Shown one piece after another: positions 27,273 to 39,384 of a stretch of DNA of 64,000 nt (within the stretch, counting starts at the first letter, position 1; every line of letters begins with the position of its first letter). The notes below the pieces were generated by a model, which was not told where the DNA came from, did not search any database, and saw nothing but the letters and a program-made list of their open reading frames with translations. Source of the stretch: Daphnia carinata (lineage: Eukaryota); contig NC_081331.1 in the NCBI RefSeq assembly GCF_022539665.2, positions 8,680,001 through 8,744,000 on the forward strand, written 5' to 3'. Position numbers and translations under genes: made by a program.

Positions 27273-28985
27273 GGGATAGCGACGATTGCCCCCTTCGACA
27301 AATGCCCCCCGGCTTTGCTACAATTGCCCCCCGACTTTTGCCCCCCAAAACTAATGCCCCCCCTAACTAATGCCCCCTTAACTAATGCCCCCTATTCAAC
27401 GTAACAATAGCCCCCCTTCCATAGGCAATATGATAGACAATAAGTAAAACAGGTTTTATTTTTATCTTCTGCGGGTACATCGTCGACTGGGAGGCGTAAT
27501 TGGGGAATCACCGTCTGCTGACAGGTGACGGGGTACGTGAACGATGAGACGTGGCCGACTGGTTACAGGCGTTATTTCGGCTTTAGCCAAAGGATCATTG
27601 TCATTGTCGGCTGGCTCGACTGTAGGAGAAGCGTGGTTAACTGCAGGCGCTCTAACAGTTCTAGCCAAAAATCGCCTTCTGGGTTAAATTGTTGTCCTTT
27701 CAGTCGAGTCGGCTTGGTTTTGTGTAATCAGCTGAAAATATAATTCAACGCCATTAAGATAAATTATAAGTTACAAATTAAATGCTAACTTACGTCTGGC
27801 TCAGTTAAATGCCTGGATTTTTTTAGAAAATCCCGCATAGAGATGACGCCCTCAATAAAATCCTTTTCGTTTTTTATATAACCTCATTCCGTTTTCGCTA
27901 CGAAAGGGGTTGTCGTCGAGTTGTACGAATATTTTCTGACTCGGCTTGGTAATCACGAGCTTTAGAATCCTCGGCTTCCTTGATAAAATCTAAAAAATAT
28001 GAATTGTTTAAATTATCTTTCTGAATTGTACATATTAAATGCATTTAAAAATATTCTAACGCCCCACTTACAGATGAAATCCCACACATTATGATGGGAT
28101 TTTCCCATGCGGTCATTCAGCCACCTGTGCCCCGATTCCACCAAATTATTTGTCCGGTTCACCAGGCCATAAACACTGAAGACTTGCGGAATAATTTTTT
28201 CACCAATCCAGTAACTAAGGAAATAGTTGTTCAGTTGCTTTATTGCTGCCTGAATTGCTGCACTTTCACGGCGGAGAACATCATGATAGTAGGCTTTTAT
28301 ATTCTGTTGTAAAAAAAAATATGTAAGAATTTCGAAATTTCAATTTAAAATGTCAGGCTCTTACTTGATAACCGGCCAAAATTTCATCCGACGGCAAAAG
28401 CGCTAGCGCGATAAGCTACTTGACGTATTTCCCTATGACAGCGCGGTTCTTATACGCAAACTGCAGGCCATACTTTTGTATCCTTCTCCAGATAGCCTGA
28501 ATAAAATTCAATTAATTAAAGTGCCTGCAACATATTCAAAAGATAAATATACCTGAGAGTAGTGAAAAAAGCAACCAATGTGTTGACTTCCATGAAATGC
28601 GGCCGCCATCGAACCTTGAATTGCTGCCTCATAATCAGACATGATGAGATCAACCGAAATGTAACGGTCCGGATGAAGTTCATCAAAAATATCGATGACT
28701 TTCTTTAGCACAGCATCATAAAGGATGCGTGATTTTCTAGTCATTAGAATGTATGCAAATGGGAATGCCTAATGGAAAACTATGATAAATATCAGTTTAC
28801 AGCTTTTTTTAAAATATTTATTTACCAAATGGCCCCTTGTGATGCGGATAGTGAAGAGCTGTTTAAACAATCCGGGGACTGTTCGAAAAGTTGCGTCAGC
28901 TTGAAGTTCGGTCGCTTCACTAAGTTCCGGCAGTAGTGTCGGGGATAAAAAGACCAATGCTTCTCCCTCAACCGTCTTTACCAGG
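27273..28985 (-). mobile_element. MULE/Mutator transposon, 3' TIR plus spliced transposase pseudogene (5' truncated)
   Basis: TIR with TGCCCCC repeats at 27273-27420. Minus-strand exons encode ADATF (D1), SDYEAAI (D2), GCFFHYSQ (CxxH), AIWRRIQ and RTNNLVES (E). In-frame stop in VK*LIALALLP. Confidence 0.9.
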
Positions 28986-29200
28986 CCGACTTTTGCCCCC
29001 CAATATTAATGCCCCCCTAACTAATGCCTCCTGTCAAATATAACAATTGACCCCCATTTATTGTTTTTAACTGTCTTGTACAAAAAGCGAACGCTACAAT
29101 AAAATATTATTGGCAACTACCTTGCGTTTGTTTTCATTGTTATAGTTAATGGCGTCTGCTACTGGCCTGTTCGATACTGCCATCAAATAATATATTGCTG
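28986..29200 (+). mobile_element. MULE TIR/subterminal segment in plus orientation
   Basis: GACTTTTGCCCCCCAA.A.TAATGCCCCCCTAACTAATGCC matches 27333-27390 in direct orientation. The downstream ATTGGCAACTA.CTTGCG...GTCTGCTACTGGCC matches 54204-54285. Confidence 0.75.
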
Positions 29201-29415
29201 TCTGCTATTAATAAAGTGTAGTGGTGAACGTCGTGTGTGTGTGTGTGTGTTTCCCATGTTTTGATCTATCGGACTTTGGAGGTAGGTACCAATCATCAAT
29301 TAATTTAATTTACCCATTTTTGCCCGGCTGGCTATATCTTCGTGGTGCATTTTTTCTCATGTTTATCTCGGCGGGCAATTTTGCACGGTTGACTATTCCT
29401 TAGCAAGTATGACAT

Positions 29416-29870
29416 CGAAGAATAGCTCAGATGGTAGAGCAACATCTCTCCTGATCTTCGGTCCCGCAAAAAATTCCGGGTTCGATTCCCGGTTGGGTAC
29501 CTCGGTACTCAGGGTATGACGTGGTGCCAAAATCTGGTACAATCATGGCAACATGGTTGGGTGACCTCCAGGTAATTGTCATTGCTGAAACCGATCGATG
29601 ATGATAATCGCCATATCCACCTAGTCGCCGGGTGCTATGGAAAGATGTCCGATTCGGTTGGGGGCCTACAAGAGCTAGCCATCCACCATGGCTAGCGGAG
29701 TGCTTAGTGCAATACAGCCGGTGTAAAAGCCGGTGGCGCCGCGATGATTCCATCCCGAGTTTAGTTGTTTTGTGCTTGTTTCTTATTTCTCTTCTTCTCT
29801 TATATTTCTTTATTTCTCTTCTTTCTTAAAGACTGGGCCCAAGTGCATGGTGTATCAGTGTGAAGAAATT
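29416..29870 (+). mobile_element. tRNA-headed SINE-like element
   Basis: A-box TAGCTCAGATGG (29423), B-box GGTTCGATTCC (29479), non-canonical anticodon arm, GC-rich body with hairpins, pyrimidine-rich 3' tract. The 3' boundary is uncertain. Confidence 0.65.
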
Positions 29871-30403
29871 TGTTAAACCAAATATTTAGATAGCGAAATG
29901 CATTCAACAACTATAAAAATAATTAAATGATTTTTTTTTATTTACATTGCTTTGAAATGAGAGCATCTAGTCCATGAGAGCATCATCTAGTTCCATGCCC
30001 TCAATTATTGAGCAGTTGGATGACAAAATGTTGCTCTTACAGTGCTGGTACTTTAAACTTAGTAATAAATGGGAAGTAATAGGTAATTAAAATAAAAGTA
30101 AAATTAACAATCCGCGCGTCGGGTCATGCGTTTGATCGCGCATCGGATATCTCACAGCTCCCTTGGGGATGTCACAGCAAACAGGCTTGTTTGTAGTTAC
30201 CTACCTTGTGTGTTCCAGCCGATTTTTTGCTTTTGCATTCTTTCTCCTTCTTTGACTCTTATTGGTTTCCGACTTATGTAATTTTTGTAACCTTTTCGAA
30301 TAAACCTATATATAGGAAGTAGGAAGTCGCAAATGTCAATTCATTCTTCTCTAGCACATCTTGCGCATCTCTGATTAATATTTCTACTCTTTTAATTTTA
30401 AAA

Positions 30404-30530
30404 ATGTTTTACGAAGAAGACGAGTTCCCTATGGTTGAACCCGTTAAAGGAGTTAAATACAGTGGTACCCGTTACAACTCCGAGAAAGGATTTATTTACC
30501 ATCTACAGAAGAGGGTACCGAGTCGATACA
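30404..30530 (+). pseudogene. Probable N-terminus of a MULE transposase fused to Gypsy gag sequence
   Basis: MFYEEDEFPMVEPVKGVKYSGTRYNSEKGFIYHLQKR resembles the start of FLYWCH-type MULE N-termini (G-F/Y-x-Y). It lies downstream of a plus-oriented MULE TIR. Confidence 0.4.
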
Positions 30531-33500
30531 CCGCATACAAGACAGCCAAAAGACCAGTGGAAGTAACCACGTGGGCAGAAATCCATCTAACAAGGCATTG
30601 TGATCAGGTCTAACAAAAAGTTCATCCGAACATCACGCGTCATTCCCAGAGTGCGACAAGTGTAAACTGCGCCATGCGTCGGGACGGTGTTTTGCCTCGA
30701 ATCAAGAGTGGCATAACTGCGGAGAAAGGGACATTTTTCTCGCTGCTGCAAGAAGGCGAAGAAACTTCAAGCACTCACTTAGGAACGAAGCGAGCCGGAG
30801 GGGTCGCATTCCCTTGGGGAATTTGATGTAAACGAAATTCGTCGAACTCATCAGCAGATGAGTGGGTCGAATCAATCGAGATAGAGGGAATAAAGATGGA
30901 CGTGAAGCTGGACTGCGGCGCCACCTGCAACATTCTTCCCAAAGAACTGTTTCTTCGCATTCCCAGACATCGGCATCGCCTACGCAGGGGCCCGAGAGTA
31001 CGCAGTTATGGTGCCTCTAGCGGGTACTTAACAGCGTTAGGAGTGAAAACATGCAAAGTAAAACACTTAGGGAAAGATTGGGTAGTTGATTTTGTTGTCG
31101 TAGATGAGCCGGGCCAGCCAGCAATATTGGGCCTGCCATCATGCAGGTCAATGGATCTTGTCAGGAGGGTGGTCCGCCGCTCAGTTCACGCCGTAAGCAC
31201 AGAAAATCAGTGTCTCAACATCGTCAAAGACAACAAGGACGTGTTTGAGGGTCTCAGACGGCTTGCGAAGCAACACGACATTAAGATCAAACCTGGTTCC
31301 GCTCCGGTGGCTCATGCAGCGCGCAGAATACCTTATAGGCTGCGAGAACCTGTGACAAAGAAGTTGAAGGCCATGGAGGCCGCAGGAATCATAGCCCGAG
31401 TGACCGAGCCAACAGAATGGGTAAGTCCGATGGTTGTTGTCAGCAAACCAAACGGAGACGTGCGGCTTTGTATGGACCCGTCCGAGCTGAATAAGGCAAT
31501 ACAGCGGCAGCAGTTCTCAGTGCCATCAGCAGAAGAGTTGTTCGGACGCATAAGCAAGGCCCAGTATTTTGCCGCACTAGACGCAACGTCAGGTTTCTTC
31601 CAGATCCCGCTCACTGAAGAGTCATCATACTTGTGCACCATGGCGACGCCGATTGGCCGCTTCCGTTTTCTACGCCTCCCATTCGGCATAAAGTCAGCAC
31701 CGGAAGTATTCCAGTGCACGATGTTTCAACTGTTTGGAGACCTGGAGGGCATGGAGATATACTTCGACGATTTTCTGGTATGGGGAGACCCAGAAGACCA
31801 GTTGCATAAGCGGCTAACAGCTCTTTTCGCCCGTTGCCGACAACACAACTTCAAGTTAAACTTAGAAAAATGCAAGTTCTTCTTTAAAAAGGTACCATGG
31901 TTGGGCCACATTATCATGGAGAAAGGGCTACAGGTCGACCTGTCAAAGATAGAGGCGATAACAAGCATGCCGGAGCCCCGTGACAAACAGGAGTAAACCC
32001 GCATCTTAGGTATGGCCACGTATCTAGACAAGTTTTGTAAAAACTTAGCTGATGTTACTCGCCCCCTGCGAGATTTGCTTAAAGGTGACGCTGAGTGGAT
32101 TTGGGAGGAACAACAACGAGCAGCGATGACACGTTTGAAGGACGCATTCGCCTCACTACCCACCCTACGCTTATTCGACCCTGACGTGCCAATAGTGATC
32201 CCAGTAGACGCTTCGCCCACGGGACTTGGTGCCGTTCTTCTTCAGGATGGTCAACCCGTCGCTTACTCCTCATGCTCCCTAACGGACGCACAGAAGCGCT
32301 ATTTTCAAATCGAGAAAGAGCTGCTGGCCGTTCAGTTTGGACTACACCGGTTCCGCCAATATTTCTACGGCCAGTCAGTAACAGTCGAAACAGATCACAA
32401 ACCGCTGGTAGGCCTAGTTGATAAGCCAATTGCAAATTGCTCTCCTCGGATCCAGAGAATGAGGTTGCAACTCCAGTGTTATGACTTGGTATTGGTTTAT
32501 AAGCCAGGGCGTGAACTCCACATTGCAGACGCTCTCAGTCGGGCCCCTCAACCGAAACTCTAGTGGAAGACCTGGCGCAGTCCAGCGAGGAGCAGGTTCA
32601 CGCAGTGCTAGACGCAGTGATTCCGGTTCTGACCACGCGCGCCAGATACGTAGCTGAAACAGCAGTGGACCCTTGTCTACAAGTAGTTCGGGACGTAATG
32701 TCACGGGGTTGGCCAGAGCATAAACGGCTGTGCCCAGAACCGGCAAAACCGTTTTGGAATGTTCGTCATGACTTGGCCGAGGTGAAAGGCCTACTTTTGA
32801 AAGGAGAGCGATTGGTCGTCCCTAATTCGCTAAAACAAGAGGTTTTGAAAGGAATTCACGATGGCCATTTCGGCGAAGTAAAGTGCGTCGAGCGAGCCAA
32901 GTCGGTGATCTACTGGCCAGGGTGTACGGAAGACGTACGGAATTTGGTTACGGGATGCGCTATCTGCCAAGAAAATAGGAACCGAAACCCGGCTCAACCA
33001 CTATTTCCGGTCGAGATCGCCGACCACCCATTTCAAAAGGTGGGAACAGATATTTTTGATTTCCAGGGAACCCAGTACCTACTGCTAGTGGACTATTACA
33101 GCAAGTGGCCATGTGCTGTTCCCCTACGCAGCCTCACAACATCGGCGGTGCTAGCGGAAATGGACCGTGTTTTCGCAGATTTCGGAACCCCCGAACAACT
33201 AGTTTCAGACAATGGCCCACAGTTTGGCAGCACTGAGTTTCGAGAGTTCTGCAGGCGCCACAAGATCAGGCACACAACGTCGAGCCCAGAGTACCCTCAG
33301 TCAAACGGGATGGCAGAGTGCTCGGTACAAACAACGAAAAAACGCTGCTGAAGATGTTTGAGGGCGGTAGTTCACTGTGGAAAGCTATGGTGGCCATGCG
33401 GTCCACACCTGTCTCGGACAAGCTGCCGTCACCAGCCGTATTGTTGCAGGGTAGGAACCTTCGGGGCGCACTGCCATTTCTGCCAGAAGCCTTAAAACCC

Positions 33501-34288
33501 CGTTTCATCAGCGCGTCAACAGTAAAAACCCAGCTTCAACTGCGCCAAGCCAAAACCAGCCACCAGAAGAGCCACTCACCGGATGTGCGGGGATCAGCAT
33601 TGCCAGTGGGGCAGTCGGTTAGAAAGAGGGTGGGACGTAAGCTGATACCGGGCAGTGGTAGTGAAGTTTACGAACAGCCACATTCTTATCAAGTGGAGAC
33701 GCTAGACGGGCGTTACTTCCGCTGAAATCGTCGTGCCATAAATACTAGCAGGGTGAGCACATCAACTTCCCAGATCCAGGCACCAAGGCCCCCCTCTCGA
33801 GATCGCCGCTCGCCGCCGCAGCGTTTAGCTTCACCTGAACAGCCGCCTAACACATCAGAGCAAACGGAACACCAGGAGGAGAGCCCCCCAACATCATCAT
33901 GTTGGGGCCACTCGAAACGCCGTTTTATGGGTATTCGCCAACTCAGCCGCCCGCTGCGGATGGTCCCCAGGACGAGCCCGCACTAGGAGCGCCTAGCGGC
34001 TCCCGAGCGGGGCCAGCCGGCGAAGCCGGAACGACCCGATCCGGGCGACCATATTTGGCACTACCGAAGAAGCTTTAGTACATGGGCGTTAAGGGCACAC
34101 ATAATTTCTATTTTTCACTATCAATTGTTGTAATCCAGAATGGCCAAATGTAAAATGTACTCCAAATACCGTGTAAGAGGGAGATGTCAAGGTCCTCCGC
34201 AAGAGGCGCCACTAGCTTCCGGCAACGGGGAGTGGAAGCTTCTACAACAATACACGGCAGTCTCAGAGCTGCACTCAGAACTACAACA
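30530..34288 (+). mobile_element. Gypsy (Mag-like) LTR retrotransposon, 5' truncated, pol disrupted
   Basis: Two gag Zn knuckles at ~30650-30750, protease LDCGAT, RT (LDATSGFFQI, LPFG, YFDD), RNase H (VDAS, IEKELLAV, TDHKPL), integrase (HHCC, GTD, SDNGPQF, AE). Stops at ~31994 and ~32561, frameshift at ~33340. PPT AAGAGGGAGA at 34175-34184. Confidence 0.93.
34185..34288 (+). repeat. Short 3' LTR (~104 bp) of the Mag-like Gypsy
   Basis: Starts TGTCAAGG immediately after the PPT and ends ...CTACAACA with AATACA upstream. ARMC4-like sequence begins directly after it. Confidence 0.7.
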
Positions 34289-35312
34289 GTATGTGGTGTA
34301 CAATTACCATAACAGCTCCATGATGATGAAGAATGAAAAAAATTTCGCGATCAGACGAGACTTGATGAAGACCTTTAGCTGTAGCCCTTCTTAAAGCTAG
34401 ATGGTTCGATCGTGAATAACCGATAAATGGCTTAACTTCGCCACCCTGACCAAGTTGAGCTGGATTACCTAGCCATCGACAACACTCTGCAATCGCTACG
34501 GCCACGCGCAACTTTAAATCTCGATATTTCTGTCCAAATAAGTCGTCGTTAACTAAAACGTACCGTTGCATAGGAAGAGATCAAATCCTACATGTCTAGC
34601 ATGCGACGCCAAAAAGGCGACAACACGGTTGTCAAAAGGATGACCAGCGTCTCATCTTCCGTTGCCATTTGAGTCACAGCTGCAGCGGCCTCTGCCACCA
34701 CTCCCAGTTCCGGGACTCGAAGGAGTACTTCCCCCGCCCTCTTTCATTAAGTAAAACTAGCAAAGATGATGTTTAAACGTTAATATTAAGTTGTTTGTAA
34801 GATTTAGATTTAACTTTTGAGCGTTGGGAAAAGCAGCAATTCCTGACGCACCAACCTGGACTACTGGGGATGGATGCTTTGGAAGTGGCGACAACAGTTT
34901 GGCTGCATCAATCGTTTCCAAAAGTTTCAGAGCGTCTACATCTGCTGTCAAGTTAGCCATAGTCAGTACTGCGGCTGATAACAAACCCGAATGATTTCCT
35001 GAAAATAACCATAGGAAATGTGGCACGGCACGCTCTGTACGGAGTAAGGCTAGGCTCTCTAGATCAGTTCCAATTCACGGAATGCTGCTTACGATTGGTA
35101 AAAGAACTTGTGAAACGTAAACACGCATTAGCGATGATCCTGTTGCCTCTCAATCAGATATTGTGGTAACGTACTTACTGTACCTCTTCTGTATATTGAC
35201 TCAAATTACGAATGAAGATGCGAACTATGCCCAACTGTATGAACCGATCATGAGCTTCTGGCGAGAGAGATAATTTTCATACGGCAGTTGAAACAGCCTT
35301 TAGCAGCCATAT
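34289..35312 (-). pseudogene. ARMC4: ARMC4/ODAD2 (gudu)-like armadillo-repeat gene, 3' part, degenerate
   Basis: VAVAIAECCRWLGNPAQLGQGGEVKPFIGYSRSNHLALRRATAKGLHQVSSDREIFFILHHHGAV parallels the recalled ARMC4 C-terminus (LAEAISRCCMWG...HRATAQALYQLS...MHENGAV). LLKAVSTAV*KLS parallels LAAVTGAIWKCS with W changed to stop. The last ~30 aa are cut off by the LTR at 34288. Confidence 0.75.
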
Positions 35313-37029
35313 TGTAGCGCCAATGGACTTTGTCGCCTATCGCATGATGATAGGCGATCTGCAAGACAGGCGTTGGCTAGCATTGCCGCTCTGGCCGGAT
35401 GTCGGAAGCCTTAAAAGCCCGACTCTGACAAGTCAGAGTGGTAGTTGGTAATTAGTAGTTAGGTTAGTAGTAGTTGAACAGTAGTCAAGTAGACATTCAT
35501 TGCGTAGTTGTGCAATAGTTGTTCGATAGTTGATTGAGTTGTAACCTGTTGTTTAGTGCTGTATCTTGTGAAGTGAATCCAATAAACGAACCTTAACCCA
35601 GAGTTGTTACATGGTGGAGATGCTCCTGCGTTCTTACCTGGTCAACTGCACGTTTAACCCAGGTAGGCGTTTGTTGTGAGGAGTCTCTGGGAGTCGAACT
35701 CGGCAATTGTTGGGCACGAGGCCACACCAACGGTCTGAGAAAACGTGTGATTGGCAGTGAGTCGCAGTGGGTCCTCGTTTGGATGTCACACGGGAGAGGT
35801 GTGATTTCAGACGCTGGGGAAAGGGGTCGTCGAAGAGCGGCTGAAGAGGTGGCGAAGGAGATTCAAACCTATTACACGGGTTTGAGGCACGCGACACTTC
35901 TAAGTGCAGTGGCGCGAGCTTCAACAAGATTTCAGGAGGCAGGTGCAACATCAGTGCGATCTAAGGGCAGTCGACAGGTCCCCCTGGCGAGGTGAGTGAG
36001 CTCACTTTCGGGCGCAAAGGTACGTGGGTGACCAGAGAGGCGTCCCAGCAAGGAGACATCCCAGACCTGACGCAGTTTGAGTTGGATTCCGAACCACAGG
36101 GTGAGGAACTCGTGGATACTCAGAGTCACCAGGTGTCACCAGAGAGACAAGAAACCAGGTGTGCTGCGGGAAGAGGGGGATTCGAGCCGACGGCTGCACA
36201 CGAGCATCGTGAGCGTGCCCGTAGGGTTGGGAGTGAGGTTGACACACGAGCCAAAGTGGGAGAAGAGGAACGAGAGGAAGAGCGGAGGGTCAACCGAGAC
36301 CAGAAATCGCATACGCGACGACTGGAGGTAGACGACGCTGCGTCGTTCATCCCGCAAGTAGCAGGGCCCGTAAGCCCGGAAACGATCGAAATACAAGCCA
36401 TTCCGGCGGAAAGTAGGAGGCGGAAGGCGGAGGCCGTTAGCAGCGATCGAGGGTCGCGGGCTCGGCAGACTATCGAAACGAACTCGTTCGAGACACAAGA
36501 GACGGTGACCGAAAACCAGGAAGGGGCGCGTCCAGTGTCAGTGCAGGCGGAAGGCGCTGCCGACAGGAGAAGCACGGTTGGCGTGGAAGCCGACACCACT
36601 GCTATCACCGATCGTGGTGATATCTGGCCGACACAGATCGTCAGGTGCTGTTAGTGGGCAGCTGTCGAGAGAGGAACACGACGCCGCGGAAGAGCGAAGA
36701 GCGGACTTTGAAAGAAGAAGCCTGCGCGAAGGCCTACGACCAAGGGCGTCTAGCACGCCGCACGCAGCGGTGTTGGTCAGGCCAGAAAGAAATTGATTTA
36801 GTGTCGGTGATTCGCCGAGGCGACAGTCCATAGCTCAAGAAGAGGAACTAGCGAAAAGGCGAAAAAAACCTCGTCGCCGAACACGAAATAGCCTTAGTAA
36901 ATGAAGGCACTTTGGCCAGCTGAATGTTGGCCGAACCAGTAGAAATAAAATGTGTAGTTTTGTACCCTTTCCGTTTGGGGTTGTCAACATTTCAGACTCC
37001 CCATGCTTGTAGGTAGGAGGGGGGATGTA

Positions 37030-37590
37030 CCCACACAGCACACTGCTGTCCTTTAGACGACAATTTTTGGTCCTCATTGGACCACTAGGACGTACATAAG
37101 ACGCGGTGAAATTAATAAATGACCTGTTTTGGCTGCCTTCTGCACATCTACATGTCCGGCAGAAACGGAGCCCGTGTGCGTCTTTTACCAGTCATCCACA
37201 ATGAGTTTAAGCGGTGAACTGGACCACTTTTGGACCGCTTAATAATATAATTTTAAAAGATGTGGCTGTGCCTGGTATCGAACTCGGGTCTCCCGCATCA
37301 CAGTCGGACGCTCTTTCCACTTGACCATACTAAAATTACATAACTCTCAGTTTTCAAGCAACACGATAGAAACAGAAAAATTTGAACATTCTACGTTTGA
37401 ATTTCATGTATGTCAAAACTGGCAACACAGGATTTGGCCAAATGTGGGAAAGAAGTCAGGAAAAGATGCGATTTTCCTAGACAACAACGGTCGCTGAAGC
37501 ACACTTATTAGCGCGTCTATATCGGTCCCGTCCTGGTTGTCCTAGTGGGACGGATTTAGGATGTCTTCTGGCTTACAATTGTTGTCTGGG
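37030..37590. mobile_element. CCC...GGG MITE (561 bp) inserted 4 bp inside the outer 3' LTR
   Basis: Imperfect TIR CCCACACAGCA / TGTTGTCTGGG; TA duplicated (37028-29 / 37591-92). Removing it restores TGTAGCGCC, identical to the 5' LTR start. Contains a tRNA-His-like module on the minus strand (37264-37330). Confidence 0.88.
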
Positions 37591-38130
37591 TAGCGCCAAT
37601 GGACTTTGTCCCCTATCGCATGATGATAGGCGATCTGCAAGTCAGGCGTTGGCTAGCATTGCCGCTCTGGCCGGATGTCGGGAGCCTTAAAAGTGTAAAG
37701 CTTGGCCACAAATAGTGGAGAACAAGCTAGACAAAATAAAGATAGTTAGGAATGTTTTTACTTACAGTGGGCGCATGACGAGAGCGGCGACTGGCGGTGG
37801 AATGACACAACACAAGTGTAAGTATAACAAAGTTTTTATTGAACACACACTTGGTACAGAGCACTGTTACACTCCGACTCACAAAACTGACTGGCTTTAC
37901 GGATTTTCGGGGGGAACATTTTATAGGTAAGTAGAAGGTCGAATCGGTTAGCACTTCGGGAAGGGTAGGGAATTTTGCCGTGTAAATTTAACACAGAGGT
38001 GCGAAAAGGGACATGGCCGGTTCTCGGAGGTTAAAGTCCTCCGTGGAAACCAATGTCGGTGTGGGGGGGAAACGGTACCAACGGGTCGTTCCTTACATAC
38101 CTTACGGCCGTGGAAGATTGCGTCGCGCAA

Positions 38131-38799
38131 TCACGATGTAGTGATGAGGGGTAGAGTTGACTCGCTGTTGTAGGAGTGGTATCTAGATGTCTCACTTGGA
38201 GAGTCGGATATGTTGATTACTTCTACTTCATTCTGCGCCCAATTTTCTTCTTTCGCTGGACCAGGGGATGCTGGTGGAGCCAAAAAGGTTTCATCGAGGG
38301 GTTCGTCGGGCCTGTAATCTCCGAATGTCGGGGTGGAGCACCTTGGGAAGTGGTCGACGTAGTCGTACCCCTTCTGGTATCCAGTGTTTACGTAATACTG
38401 GGTGGGTACATATTCTCTGATGCGAGGGTCGTCGTCGTCGGTGACGAAATGTCCCGGCGTCATCCCGACGCGCCACGAGGCCCGGTCCACTTCTGCTCCT
38501 TCCAATTTGCTCTTCTTACTGCGGTGCCGCTAGATGCTGTCGTTCAACGCCTCCGCATGCAGGTTCCGGCCGGTGATGGGCAGCTGAGGGTCGTCTTTTT
38601 CGGCTCTTTCGCCATGGTAGTGGATGAAGACGAAACTGGCGCCCGAACAGTTCCGAAAATTTTGGGGTGTACCCCACCCGAGGGTTGTGCGATGGTAAGA
38701 GACGGCTGGTCTGCTAATTTCGGCGGCTCGGCACCAGGGGCAGGTTTCCTCCGTGTGGCTGTGGCCGCAAACTGTGCAGGTTTCGTAAGCACTTGCCAT
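38131..38799 (-). pseudogene. Accessory ORF4 of the inner Gypsy (~222 codons, one internal stop)
   Basis: ATG at 38799 (MASAYETCTVCGHSHTEETCPWC). Listed ORFs 38530-39063 and 38131-38505 share a frame, separated by one TAG. It ends 33 nt before the 3' LTR. Confidence 0.6.
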
Positions 38800-39384
38800 A
38801 GTTTTTCTTGCTGTTGCGGTTGAAGACACAATGATTCTGCTGATGTCAGGTTGTAGCTTGATCAATGGCGAAAGGGGAATAGATCGTGGGAAAAAGGGGT
38901 AATGATGGTAACCAAGGTCAGCGTTATGGTGTATCGTGGGAACGTAGGGTTGATCGTGGGAAAAAAGGAAACGGTCGATCGTGGGAAACGGGGTAAAAAC
39001 AAAATAGCGGAGGATAAATTGCGGAACATGCAAATGGAAGTTGCGTGAGGGTTGTGGGTTCAAGACTCCCTTTCGACAAAAAATGACACTGCGAATTTTT
39101 TAAGAAAACAAAATGACGGAAAGTTGTGGAACACATGGAATGGAAGTTGTGTGAGGGTCGTATGTTCAAGACTCCCTTTCGACAAAATGACATTGCGAAT
39201 TTTATTTTTTGTATGAGACGCAGATTTGTGTTATTGTGTGAGGCTTCTACTTTTTACTACTGTTACAGGTCAGCATGTATTTAAAGGGTAAAGTAAAAAA
39301 TGTCTACTACCGCCACCTGCCCCGGTTTGGGTAGTAGATTTGATCTTTTTTTTATTTTTTTGCTCAATGGAATTTAAACGTTTG

